Source: Phoronis australis (lineage: Eukaryota; Animalia; Phoronida). Taken from it: DNA of 64,000 bases. The notes under the pieces are model-generated. The model saw only the letters and a list, made by a program, of their open reading frames with translations. It had not been told where the DNA came from and ran no database searches. Within the stretch, counting starts at the first letter, position 1. Each line of letters starts with the position of its first letter. The stretch is taken from NCBI GenBank assembly GCA_002633005.1, contig NMRA01000450.1, positions 164,876-228,875 on the forward strand, written 5' to 3'. Below are positions 1 to 12,679 of the stretch, piece by piece. Made by a program: the position numbers and the translations under genes.

Positions 1-864
1 ATATAGTAACCTTAGGTCTTTTGGGAATTTGTGGCCACCTGTCGAAGACTTGCACCAGGGAAATTAGCAGTAATAAGGCTTAGCGCGACGACGTATTTTG
101 ATAATAATTCCATCTTTTACCAGTTGTTTACATGCAGACAGCCACGCATGCGCAATTTAATCACCACTAGTACAACAGCGACACCGCGAGGAGAATTCTC
201 CGAATAGCCCCATTGGTATGTACACCATAAGACGAATAGACTCTTCGATTGCAACTGAAATAGTGAACAGATATCAACAGAACAACTGTATCTACATACC
301 TGATGGCAAAGAACCATTTTCACCTGGTAAGATGTTATTGTCATCAGTCAACAACATTGTTGTATTAGAGGAGACGGTTGATTGGGAAGGCTACATTCCA
401 TTGCACGCAAATGATGCTGTGGCAAAGGGGCTCTTGTCAAAGGGCTCAGCTGGATGAGAGTGCAATTTGCAGAGAGAAGGCTTTAGACACCAGAACTTTG
501 AAAAAGTTACATGATCTTGATTCTGCTCCTAGATTGCAGAGCAGACCAGAGCTTCCTAGAAATGCTGGTGCCCAGTCTGAGGAATGGTTTAATTGTACAC
601 AGGCATTTTGCATGCATGATTCTAATCCATTACCTTTTTATGCTGGTTTCAACTTCTGTGCTGTTAATTATAATAATATTTCTGCTTTTTATGTTAATTG
701 CCATAGTAACCCTTTTTGAATTATCAAAAATTATGTGCACCTTGTTGTGATATACCTTTGAAAAACTCAATTTTTAATTGAGGCAGTACGTGCTCAGAAA
801 TCTGAATTTTTGCATGTTGCTCAGCCTAAATTTGTATGTCAGTCAGATTACGTAATACTATTGA

Positions 865-1260
865 GTTACCATGGCAACAATGAGTTTTTCAGCTTGGGAA
901 GCCCCTTACTTCTAAGAGAGTCACCAGTTTAGTACTATAAGCATTCGTTATCAGCAACTAACATGGTTTTGCCGCCAAAAGTAAAATAGATCTGACTTTC
1001 AGTGCCATTCAATACTTGATTACCATAGCAACGATGCATATTTCACCTTGGTAATACCCCTAAGTTTCAAGGGTGATACACTGGAGCCATTATAAACATG
1101 ATTACTTGTGTCTTAAACAACTTTATAATTGAACCTGGAATTGCTAATTTTAGGGGTCAAAATACCTGGTTACCATGGCAACGGTGCATATTTCATACTG
1201 GTATCCCCTTAGTTTCAAAGGGAGAGTCACTAGAAGTTATTAAGCACGATTACTTGCTTC
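865..1260. repeat. ~152-bp tandem repeat, about 3 copies, each with G(T/A)TACCAT(G/A)GCAAC
   Basis: Units start near 865, 1019 and 1169 and share downstream sequence (…cccc.tagtttcaaggg…cact.gaag..attataa.cat). Confidence 0.7.
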
Positions 1261-2176
1261 TAATATGACTTTGCCATCACACTTAAAATTGTTCATTTTG
1301 ACCGGCTGGCTATCACGCCTTTGACCCTTGGAAAGCAAGGGCATTAAACAAGACAGAGAGCAACAACAAACCAGTTTTTGGAAATGTTTTAAGCTCCCGT
1401 TTTCACACAAGAGGGATTTTACGAACTCGTCCTATGCTCTTGAACCCTCCAAATCGTTCTTCCAAGCTCCAGTTTTTAGTAAAAGAAGAACGCCTCGATC
1501 CCTTCCCATACTCTTCTCTTAGAGGTTCAGATTGTCGTCTGCGTGATTCCAGTAAAGCATTCAATAATGAAAGTGAATAAGTGCAGAGAATCACTGACAT
1601 GCGCCACTACTTCGTAGTTACTCTCATCCACGCAAACACGTCCACCGTAACTAGGATTTGCAATTCTCAAACGAGGAAAAGTTGTCAAACATCCTGTTTC
1701 TAATTCGTGCCCTTGAGATAATAGTTCCTGTTCTGACAAGTCAGTCCACGTACTAATTGAGTCGTGCAACTTTTAACTCGTTCTTATATAATTCCTATCT
1801 CGTCTATAGATAAAATATACAAAAAACAAACTCTCACTTAACACCGACGATACTTCTGATTGAGTTTATAAGGGAATACGTATTGTGCTTACTCTAAGAA
1901 CAAACGTTTCTCAACGAGCCTTTATTAATTCGAAGTTTTTGTTCTTCATAACACTGGGCAAATCTGACCAATTTCGAGATTAATAACGATTAATCGTGAA
2001 CTGAGTTTAGCTGGAACACTTTTTGTTGAGTCCATACTGGCTACAACCGACCCACTAGGTGATTTTTAGGTCTAGTTATTGATTTCACATCCGAGTTTAA
2101 AGAATGTATGCCTTCTAAAGATAAATGTGTCAAAAAAGTGCTCGTGGCGACCGTTTCTTAAACTTGAAATGAAATT

Positions 2177-3239
2177 TTAATCTGAGTCATAGTCACCATC
2201 ACTCACGGGAATAGGCTTTTCTTCCAGAACGATTTCAACAGACTTGCCTTTTAGCTTGTTAAAAAGGAACTTCATTCGTTCTTCTTCAATGTCAGGGTGA
2301 AATACCTCCATGATTTTATGACTCAGCCTCAGCCCATATGCTTGAAAGAGAAGGAGTAGAAACGAGACGATGTAAATAGAAGTCACTGTGAATGCTGAGC
2401 TCATCTTCGTCGCTTGTGGTTGAGGAAAGCAAAACGTGAAATCTACAGAAGTGTTGTAGTCCATAGACACTTTGTTTAAGTCTGCCACCAGGCGCAACAA
2501 GGAGTCGGCAAAAACCCCAGAACTGCGCGCTACTTCAAACTGTACCTTGGCGTCTACGTTTGCTTCTATCATGGAGTCAACGCCATATCGTTGAAGAATT
2601 GATAAAAACCAGTACAGACCGTAGTCACTGAGGAACATGGCGACGGCAACCATAACTTGTATAATGAAACTAACGACACCTTTTTTGAGGAAATTTTGTT
2701 CGCTTTTCGAAAAACGTTTTGAATTTGTAAATATGTATTCCTCTTTCTGGTCCTTGGAAAGAGGAAAAACGGATTCTTCTCCTAGCAAAGTCCGCGAATT
2801 GTCTAACTCCACCAAACGTGATGAAATATAGATATTATCGTACTCCATTTTACGCAGAAAGTTTCTTCGGTACAGAAATGCTTGAAGCAAAACGAGAAGA
2901 AAGGTAGCTGCAAACAATTTGCTGAAGATGGCAACCAGGAGATTTACAAGGTCGATTAACCCAGTCAGTTCTTGAGTGACAGAAGTACTGATTTGTTTTA
3001 GGGATTTCTGTTGCTTTGACGACGAATTCCGTGACACCTCTGATGAGAGGGTAAAATTGAAGTTGATATCTATCGCAGCTGCTAATCTGCCGGCAAAACC
3101 TTCAGCTTTCCCTATTACGGCTGCTATTTCACCGGGTGCTTTGCATATAGCATTGGGAGCCTCCAGTACGTCACACACGCCACCTATTGCCACTGGAGCA
3201 CACAGCACGTCGGTGACACTTATACTGCGTTGGATCCGA
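2177..3239 (-). CDS. DC-STAMP-domain protein paralog A, last exon (exon 4 of 4)
   Basis: Acceptor ttttctgttttcag at 3241-3240, phase 2. Reads (S)RIQRSISVTDVLCAP...YRRNFLRKMEYDNIYI...CFPQP...QAYGLRLSHKIMEVFHP...stop. These are DC-STAMP/DCST family motifs with several TM helices. Confidence 0.9.
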
Positions 3240-4192
3240 CTGAAAACAGAAAAGAGGTCAGAGGAACGTTAGACATGAGTATAGTCAGGTTTACGGCAAT
3301 TAACATTTTATTTTGCAGAAATAATTATTGCACATTTTTCTTATGGGTGAATGAAACGTTGCTTTGTCATCAAAAATTCGATGGCCTACAAGTGAAAACC
3401 TGTTTCTATGCGGCATTCTTACATCCGCACGGTGTACCATATGCACATAATATACACGTGAGTTACCAACGTATTCTCAATGAAAAAACAACATTTTCTC
3501 GCAGTATTCCGTCGATTTCTAACAAAAAAGAAACTTGAGATGTTCCTGTCAAGGAAAGTACTATGGCACAGATTTCTTTGAATCTGAGCTCCTGCAAGTT
3601 CAACCTCTCCAACATGAGTGTGAATTACTACATAAGATCGGTGGACTGGTGGCACAGCACAATTAAACGGTTCTCATCAACCGAGTTGCACGAGAATCAT
3701 ATCATTAGAAAGATATTCATAATTTCTTGATGGTGCGTGGTTATACCAGAAGTAAACTATAAATAGTTTAATTCATAAGTATTTATCAGTTCGCATACCT
3801 GACATGTTTAAACATTCTTTTAAGTGTAAAAACTAAGGGTGTTGTTAAAATGCGAAAAATGACAGGTGTAAATGTAACATAGGTGGATCCAGGGGGTCAA
3901 GGGGGTCCGGACCCCCTTTTTCCCTTCATTTGAGTGACATCAAATCTAACTTCGGCCCCCTTCTAAAAGGATCCTTGATCTGACCTCCCCGTCAAAAAAT
4001 CCTGGATCCGCCCGTAAGTAACATAAAAAAGAAATGAACCACAGACTCTGAGGTTTTTCTATAGACTAATTAAACTAGAGGGGAATAATTTCATTGATTC
4101 AAAAGATTTCTATCGTATCAAGACAAAGATTTCATAACACGGGTCCCTCGCACATATACAGCTGGCTGTACTTCGGGATCAAGTTTTCCGAT

Positions 4193-4553
4193 ATGCAAAA
4201 TTGATTGAACACACGACACTTTTTTTTATTAATTGTCATGATTCCGTTCCGTTCGTATGCTCGGAATAAAACTCTAAACTCAACGGTACATTGGTGAATT
4301 AACTAACCAAGAGACATGATTAAAAGGCTCACGATATTTCGAAACATATTTGTTTCATTCTCAAGTGGAAATACAATGACGCAGTAATGCCACCACACCA
4401 GCCGTGTCCCTCTGTGTACCTTTTAATCATGTCTCTTGATCAGTTACTTCACCAATGTTCCGTTGAGTGTAGAATTTTATTCTGAGCATACGAACGGAAT
4501 GGAATAAAGACTGTTAATACCGAAAAGTGTCGAGTGTTCAATCAATTTTACAT
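4193..4553. mobile_element. Foldback/MITE with ~135-bp inverted repeats
   Basis: 4193-4328 is the degenerate reverse complement of 4419-4553 (aagagacatgattaaaagg / ccttttaatcatgtctctt). Confidence 0.7.
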
Positions 4554-4589
4554 AAACGTATACACAAACACATACACGTACACGAATAC

Positions 4590-4644
<55 letters not shown>

Positions 4645-4692
4645 CGTGTGTGTGTGTTCGTGTGTGTGTGNGTGTGTGTGTGTGTGTGTATA
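4590..4692. repeat. (TA)n/(TG)n compound microsatellite
   Basis: Directly visible in the sequence. Confidence 0.95.
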
Positions 4693-6446
4693 CAAAACGT
4701 ACATGAAATAATATACCACGCGACATTATTCCGCGTATTGAAAGAGACCGAATCGAATTCATGAATTTCTTCTGTTTTCTCTCGGCATTTTTAAATACTT
4801 CACCCAGACTGTTTGCGTGTCGAATCACAACCTGTAGTGTATATACGTGTGCGTTATGCTGCTAACTTACTATAGTAAAAGAAAACAGTATTAAATGTAA
4901 CGGCTTATTACTTGAAATTGAAAAAAGTGTGAAAACGACAGTTATTGTATATTGAAATTGTATTATATCATATTTCGAAAATAAGCAAATAATAAGAATA
5001 TTTATAACATTGTAAAATCCTCATCGGATATCTGCACTCATTTATGAAACTAGGTCATTGACCGGAGCGCGTAGCGTACACGTCCCTTCATCAATCCAAG
5101 TACCATGTTTGAACAACTATAAAATGAGTTCTCCCTAACTCTACAGGCGTAGTGTATACTAGAAGTTCTCAACAAAAAGTAATTCAACTGTTTATTTTTT
5201 CTTGCCAACAGCTTGAACGAGGCTTTGAGTTCAGTGTGTGTGTCCATGTGCCGATCGAATCTGTCAATTTTCATGGGAAGTTCAGTTGAACGCCATCCTA
5301 CTGGTATATGAATAACAAAAATGTACCTATGCTACGAAACAGAACGAATTTCATTATAGGGGGGGAATAAATGAAAAATAATAAAACTGTCTTTAAAAAC
5401 AACAGCTTCCAGGGAACCTGAAGCTACCGCTAGTCACGCTGTTACTGGATCCAGCAAATGCCGAGACAAACCTAAGGCGCCCAGACGAGTGAAACTCGGG
5501 AGTCAAAATCAGATAGGCCAACACTATAACCACGAAACTGAAAAGTACATATCTTGGAACTAATATATTTGTATTTAACCTTCAAGTAATCCAGCAACAT
5601 TCCAAAGTTTAGCTGTTCGTGTGGTCGTCCACACAGTTTGATACATCGTTTACACAATCGTCATCACTTTTCGGATTAGGAGATGCCCAAAAAATGATGG
5701 GATATTCTTCTCGATCTGTACAGCGGCTGTCAGAACTAAACACGCCATATCAACACCGTTTCACCATTCTTACCGCACAAGTTTTTTAGCTATTGACTAA
5801 AATAAGCTTTACCGACAACGTGTTGTTTGTCAGGTAAAATGGTGGCTTAGAAACGCAGACGAAGGTGTGTCAAGAATGCTGCGTTCTGATTGGTCAGTTA
5901 AGCTGTCAGTCATAATCCTGGCGATAGGTCAATTGTGGGATTTGTTGACTAATTTTGCCGGGAAATCGCGGGTTGTTTGGAACCGTGCCTCAAGAGTCCT
6001 GCTTGACAGACAAAAGTGACAACATGAAAGTGAAGCAATGAAGTTAGGCTTGGTTTGGTAATTACGACAGTCGATCAAATCTCGGTGGAGATTACTGCCG
6101 GAAACTTACAACGCAAACTCTCGCGGCTAGTCTCGGGTCGCAAGCTCTAATATTAGAATACATAGGTCGGGTGCGGGAGTTCAGGGTTACAGTTCCATGG
6201 CTGTAGGAAGATGTCTAGGGTGACATCACAATTTGACAGAATATATTGTCGAACTCGATACATGTATGCCGTGAACGCCGAAATATTGTCGCTTGAAAAC
6301 CAAAGAACACTAAAACTATCACTCTTAATGAACGTATCTACGGCGGAATGTTAGCAACGTTACGCTTAGCCTCAATATTGATAAGTGGTGTTTCTATGTA
6401 CTGCAGTTTGTCACCAAGCTGCAAAGCAGCCGTAAGTAGAACTTGC

Positions 6447-6658
6447 CTTAATACACAATGTCCTTCCGGGATGGTTGCCCAGCGTCTCTTGCGGCCACTA
6501 AAGAAATCTCCTATGTCCTTGATGATGTTAGATACAAAAATGTTTGCTTTTTCAAACCCTGCCACGACTTTTCCAATCTCTCGCACACAACTAGCGTGAG
6601 TTTCTTCAAACGTTTCACTGCACTTGCTCAGTGCTTTACCAATGGCACCTGAACAAGT
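6447..6658 (-). CDS. DC-STAMP-domain paralog A, exon 3 (Cys-rich ectodomain exon, GC donor)
   Basis: Acceptor atcttgtag at 6660-6659. Reads TCSGAIGKALSKCSETFEETHASCVRE...DFFSGRKRRWAT...VL. The exon is 212 nt (phase 0 to 2) and ends at AG|GCAAGT. Homologous to the middle exons of B and C. Confidence 0.85.
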
Positions 6659-8063
6659 CTACAAGATAACGACTGCTATTAACGCCAACGAGTTTTGAGA
6701 TACTTTGTGGACATGCTTGGAAACGATAGGGTATGCATAAACATAGTTTAACACGAGTAGGCAAGTTTGAACATGACTGGGAATACATTTAAACGGATTG
6801 TTCAAAAACTCTCTCGACCCTCACACCCCACGACCCCCCCCTCCCTAACCCACGACCCCCTCGACCCACAACCCCCACTACCCACAAGCATCTTGGCCCA
6901 CCACCTGTGGCAATAGATTATTTTAGTGCTTTTGCACAGGTTTCATAATCATAATACGTCGCTGAATGACTTTCTCATAACACCTTCCTACACGCGAATC
7001 TGCTCTACCTGGTGATTAAAAACAGAAAGTGGCGTGAGAACGTGATCTGAAATAGCGCATAATTGTGAGCGCACTATCGTTGTCATGGAAATAGTTCCAC
7101 GAGAGGCTACCAATGGCTCTGTTCAACTAGACTTAGGGAGAGAGTACGTTAAAGTGAGTGTACATAATTGCACATTTTCATATTTGTTTTCTGTTGTATT
7201 CACCTATTTCACGAACGCGGGGCGCTGCTGTCGTGTTGATCGAAAACGAGGCGCCTTGACAAACATAGCATCGTCCTGCAAGGTGGTGTGGTCAAAAGAC
7301 TTATCAACGTTACCAAAACTCAAGTTGTCTGATATTGAATCGATCTCCAAAAAACATACCAATACGCACGGCAACTAGACTTTTACCCTCCTCAGCCATT
7401 CCTTCGTAGTTTTCCCTCTTTTGGAAAAGTGTGGAAGTCAGGGATATACCCAGGCCTTTAGTCTTGAAAAACCCTGCTCGCAAGCTGGGCGAGTGCCGGA
7501 GCCAGAAAATCTACTCGCCCATCCCGAAGTTCAGTCACCCGGCCGTTGGAGCCAGTCGCCACAAACTTGCTGCTAGTTTATATAAAAATCATCGTTTCGT
7601 GCACTGATGTCACCATCTATTAGGGCTATCGTATTCGCCCTAATAAGCGCCCAGGGGGACCCTTTTTGTAGCCTACGGCGGTTAAAACCCGGTCTCCGAA
7701 ACGGGTGAAATCTCGGAAGCTAGGATTCATCAAATTAACGCGCTGTGACGTATGTGTAACCTATGACAGACTGTCTACGAAACTGTGGTGCATTGCTATC
7801 AAACTCTGTTGTTACTGAAATTACGATCTTTTTAAGAAAATGTGCTGAAATCCCAGGGCGAAAACTTGCCGACTCAGTGATGCGGCGCTGCTTCGCAATC
7901 GTCGATAGGACAACTTGAATTCTTGAGCAAAAATAGTTTCGACTCAAATTACCTGAAATCCTCCTTAAATTTTCCAAATAGCTTTTCCTAAGATTCTAAG
8001 TTCCGGTGGACTCGGGGCCGGGATTAAAAGCAGATTAAGTAAAAATCTGCGCTAGATTGCACC

Positions 8064-8963
8064 TAGGCAATGACCATCGCCTCTGTTGGCCCGAAGCAGA
8101 GGCGATGTAGAGGCTATAGGCGCTCTGTACGCCGGAAGCTTTTCGGCGAATTATGCCTCGCACCGACTAAACCATCAAAGTCACGTTGTTACAAATACCT
8201 TTGGCGCATAGAGGAACACCTTAGGAGGTTGTCGATGTGTTTAATTCCTTCCAACTCGAACAAATACTCCCGTTATGAAACTTTTTCTTCGAGCAGTCCC
8301 TATTTCAGTTCCCAAAATCGTGAACTCAAATTTTTCATTTTTTTAACCAGGCCGAAGGTCAGAAGTTGCGGACCTACCGGCGAACTTTGAAAGCTGAAGT
8401 TCCCGCCCTTCGCGTACGTGCTGCCGGGAACCAGCCGTGCATTTGCCGTGTTGTTAAACATTAAAATGTCAAATATGTGCAAAAAGACTATTAAATGTCA
8501 TATCAACAGCATTTGTTTTTATCAAATACAAACAATGATTCATTGAAATACAATCAGTTTCAAGTAACGCCAATTAAAGACAAGTATAAGTGGTGGCATT
8601 TTGGAAACGAACATTTGACTGCCAAAACCGCAATGGCTCACCTTTGGCCTATTTAAAGATTGAGGTCATGAATTGGAGCGTGCGCAGTATAAAAAAGTTG
8701 AGTTCACGATTTTGGGAACTGAAATAGGGACTGCTCGAAGAAAAAGTTTCATAACGGGAGTATTTGTTCGAGTTGGAAGGAATTAAACACATCGACAACC
8801 TCCTAAGGTGTTCCTCTATGCGCAAAAGGTATTTATAACAACGTGACTTTGATGGTTTAGTCGGTGCGAGGCAAAATTCGCCGAAAAGCTTCCGGCGTAC
8901 AGAGCGCCTATAGCCTCTACATCGCCTCTGCTTCGGGCCAACAGAGGCGATGGTCATTGCCTA
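8064..8963. mobile_element. Young 900-bp MITE with ~280-bp near-perfect TIRs (Academ- or Mutator-type)
   Basis: TAGG…CCTA termini and a perfect 9-bp TSD GATTGCACC (8055-8063, 8964-8972). The mirror-image spurious ORFs MTIASV… arise from the TIRs. Confidence 0.85.
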
Positions 8964-9232
8964 GATTGCACCCCGCAACGAGAAAAATCTGGACGAACAC
9001 ATATGATGTTACGTGACGTTTGTATTGAAGTGAGTCAACAGGTGTGCACCGAGTGAGCGAGCGCGTGCGTGTCATCAATGTTCAGTTGCCGGAGTAACAG
9101 GCCCAGTGAGCTGTATATGTAGTTATATTTATCTCATTGAGCAGGCCCACATACTATATGTAGGCCTTAGCGCGCTTCTTGGCCAAGTTTCAATTCGCGG
9201 TTTTTATAATTTGACGTGTACAAAGCAATCTG

Positions 9233-9626
9233 GGCCCGGTCTCCAATCTTTTTACTCGAAATGGAACTCGAAATTAGGTTTGGCATTTTCTACTCTACTT
9301 TTGGGCGAAATCAAGATAAGTGTCCATTATTCTATGCTCGAGTACACAATAACTTACGTAGATAATTTATTGCCCTTAGTTCACAGTTTGTAAACCCAAT
9401 ATTAAAGCAATAAGTTCGAGTTTGAACTCGAAAGTTCGAGTTTTTACTCGAGTTTGTACCAAGAATATAAGGGTCTTCAAGGGCAAACTTGAACTAGAAA
9501 CTCCTATGCATAAACTATAACGTATTCGAACACAGTCTGATAACCAATTATCTTAAGTTCGCACAAAAGGAGCAGAGAAATTGCCAAAAATAGTTCGTTT
9601 CGAGTACAAAGATTAGAGACCGGGCC
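9233..9626. mobile_element. PIF/Harbinger-type MITE
   Basis: TIR GGCCCGGTCTC(C/T)AATCTTT…, 3-bp TSD CTG. Confidence 0.75.
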
Positions 9627-12149
9627 CTGGATTCCTGTTGTGGGAGAAGATCTGTACGGGAAAGATACAATACGGCCAATCCCGTTACCAGTACGCTACG
9701 TCTGTTCTGAAGGGCCAGACCATATAGTGTGACACTTTCCTCGCAAGATCAGCAAATCTTTTGCGTTCTTTTTGAAGCACTGCGGAACGGTTTGAAGTTT
9801 ACAGCCACGGCTAAATACCGACATAGCGGCGAGGCTCGTGGTCTACTAGAAATTCCGCGCACAATGATTTTTCAGGACTGTCGGATATTATTGATAAATT
9901 GAATACATTACTGTAGAATTTTAGAACTGTGAGGTAAGGCATTTTTTCGCACAAATATATACACATTCATGGACTGGGCGCTTGTTTTAGCGAAGTCTGA
10001 AAACGAGTGGGGACGCTTATAGGGGCATGGACGCTTATTAGGACGTATGTTATAAAAATAATTTTGGCTAAAATGACATTGTACATTACAATAAGAAATC
10101 AGTTCCAAGAAATATAGTATTTCATTTACTATGAGCACATGGACCGGTCTTCCACCTTTCTCCCCTTTTCTTCGGTTCGGACTAGTCCACAAATTCTTTG
10201 TGCACGACCACACACTGTTTTTTTACGAATCGCGTAACGGGTAACATGAATCGGTAGGGTCGCACTGCGCCGATGTTTTTTACTGCCGGAGCATCGACAC
10301 GATGACCAAACTGAACCTTAAATTCATGATTAAATCAGCACAAGGAGGAGGAAAATTATTCATATTCATCTGGGAAACGATATATAGTGCTTTTGCACTC
10401 TGAAATTCGCTCGCTACCTGGGCGACCGGCAAGTCAACTTCTACTCGCCCAGCACCATTTTTACTCGCATTAGCGACTGGGCGAGTGGCTAAGTATATCC
10501 CTGGGAAGGGTACCGACGAGTTATTACTGGAATTGGTACGTTCAGGCACTGCACAGTCCACCATCATATGGCCAGCTGATGATCATTCACGAGGTTTTAT
10601 CAGTGTGCCTCGTTTTCGATCAGTATATTTTAAAGATGGCGCGGGAAGATGGCGCTTTCGTGAAATAGGTGAATACTCCTTTACAGTATATTCCGTATAA
10701 CGTTGCGATTCTTTTTAGTTAACAGTTTGTTAATCAAACTTTACCCCATACGCATTGAATCAATCGAGTGTATTACAGACATGTAATAATGTTTTCCGTA
10801 TTCACCTCCCCTACTACTTCAGCAGTGACCTTTGACATGGATAGTTCAAAACGTAGGTCAATGTTGACGTCGTTAGCCAGTTCGATCATCAAACTTTCCG
10901 AAAATAGTTTAAAGTAATACAATTGCACCAGTGTAAATAACACTCAACATGCAATCATGTCCCAGTCCTAACATCTGTAATTGTGTGACAGTTCTGTCTC
11001 AGTTTTCCATTGCTAAATATTGTACAGTCCAGGGGTGGATCCAGGATTTTGGGTTAGGGGGGGCCAGGGCACAGGAATAACCAGAATTGTGGCAGATGCG
11101 CGCGCTCAGCCTGAAATGTGGGGGTCTAAAATTTTGGGTTTGCGGACCTGTTGACTAAAAAAGTAAGTAAACGGGGTTTGTTCAGGGCCTATTCGTTGTT
11201 TATTCACCCCCCCCCCCGAGACCCCGTGGTTGCACGCATATGCTAGTCAGTAATTTGTACCCGAACTCCCNCCCCCCCCCCCCCCCCTAAATCCGCCTCT
11301 GCTGTCTGCAACTCAGGCGCCAATTCCTCAGTAACTACAATATCAAATAATGTTGTTATTTAACTATTTTCAGATGTTGTAAGTTCAATGCACAGTTACC
11401 TTTGTTTTCATATTTGTTATCTCTTTTCAGGTAATAAATCGTTACATTTAGAACTGTTTCTTTTACTAGGGAAAACTTGCAACCTAACGCGCAAGTACAT
11501 ACATAGGATGTGATCCGCCAAGTGAACAGTCTGAGTGAAGTATTTAAAACATCTCCCAAAAAATGAAAGAAAGTTAGGAATTCGAAGCGTATGGGCTAAA
11601 TAGTTATATCCCACTCGACATTATTCCGCGTATCGACCGAGACCAAGGGTCAAGTGCGATACGCGGAATAATCTCTCTTGTGATATTACTTCATCTGCGC
11701 CACACTCGGTACGTTTTGTTTATGTATTTGCTGAAGAAAGTATATATTCGTCAGTTCCTCGGATTTTCCCAAGAAAGCTTGGATCTACCATTCACTGAAT
11801 AGCAGACGAGACGATTACACTCTGCCAGGAACGACATTTGTAACGTTGGTGAGTCTTTGATTTGATTTGGTCGCGTATGTTTTTGACTTTCAAACTTGCC
11901 GAATCGACTCTTTAAGTTGCAAAGAAACAAGAAAAAGTCACCCAAGTTCAAGGCCCAACTCGTTGATTCTGCAAGTGAGCGTTTGACTTATGTTGAGACC
12001 TAGTCGAACTTATGTAGACTGGGTCGAGGGGGTTGTGGGTCGTGCGTCGGGGGTCGTGGGTCGAGGGGGGTCGTAAGGGGTTTTAGAACAATCCCTTTTG
12101 AACATATCCATTCGTTTAAAAAGACGAGTACATATATTTGAAAACAGAT

Positions 12150-12640
12150 CGACCCAAGGGGACATGCAGGCATGCTGGAGTACGATTTGACATGCTTAAC
12201 ACGTGTGTAAATGAATTAATTCGATTGGAAAACGTTAAACACCAGTGGACATTTTTGGACAAGTGTAGTCGGGCTTAAACACATGAACGCGAGTTGACAC
12301 GTTTGAAAGCGAGTGGTTGTGCTTCAGTACGAGTGTTCATACATGAATAATAGTATCCATGCATAAACATGAGCTTGAACACGAGTTTACAAGATTGAAC
12401 ACGAGTACACGTGGTTAAACACGAGTGCACATGCTTGAACATGAGTTGGCATGCTTCACCTCGAGAGAACATGGTTGAAAGTGATTGGTCATTCATGCCG
12501 GATCACGAGTAGGCCTAGATGTGTTTGAACACGACTGGACATGGTTGTGTAGACATCATGATTTCAGTGAAGGCAAGCGGTCATGCTTGAACACGAGTGG
12601 GCATGCTTGAACACCAGACGAAATGTTTGGATTCGAATGA
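12150..12640. repeat. Degenerate tandem repeat (catgcttgaacacgagt-like)
   Basis: More than 10 recurrences of ttgaacac/aacacgagt. Confidence 0.7.
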
Positions 12641-12679
12641 CCATGGTGAGCTTTAAGAATCAATAGTTTAATGAATTAA

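Larger units (their letters stand above)
7439..10503. mobile_element. hAT-like non-autonomous element (CAGGG termini)
   Basis: TIR CAGGGATATAC/GTATATCCCTG with subterminal ctcgccc/gggcgag repeats. Flanks are ggaagt/ggaagg. Confidence 0.6.
6795..12094. mobile_element. Mutator-like non-autonomous element hosting nested insertions
   Basis: TIRs GGATTGTTC…cgacccc / ggggtcg…GAACAATCC. Imperfect 9-bp TSD catttaaac/cttttgaac. The (ttg)aacacgagt repeat flanks it on both sides. Confidence 0.55.

Noticed and set aside
218-750. Overlapping short ORFs that may be a decayed transposase end
   Set aside because: No diagnostic motif or termini could be established within the window.
4477-4828. ORFs rich in YI/HT/VC repeats
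   Set aside because: Translations of microsatellites.
8070-8957. Two near-identical ~105-aa ORFs (MTIASVGPK…) on opposite strands
   Set aside because: They are the mirror arms of a MITE's inverted repeats, with no protein-family motif.
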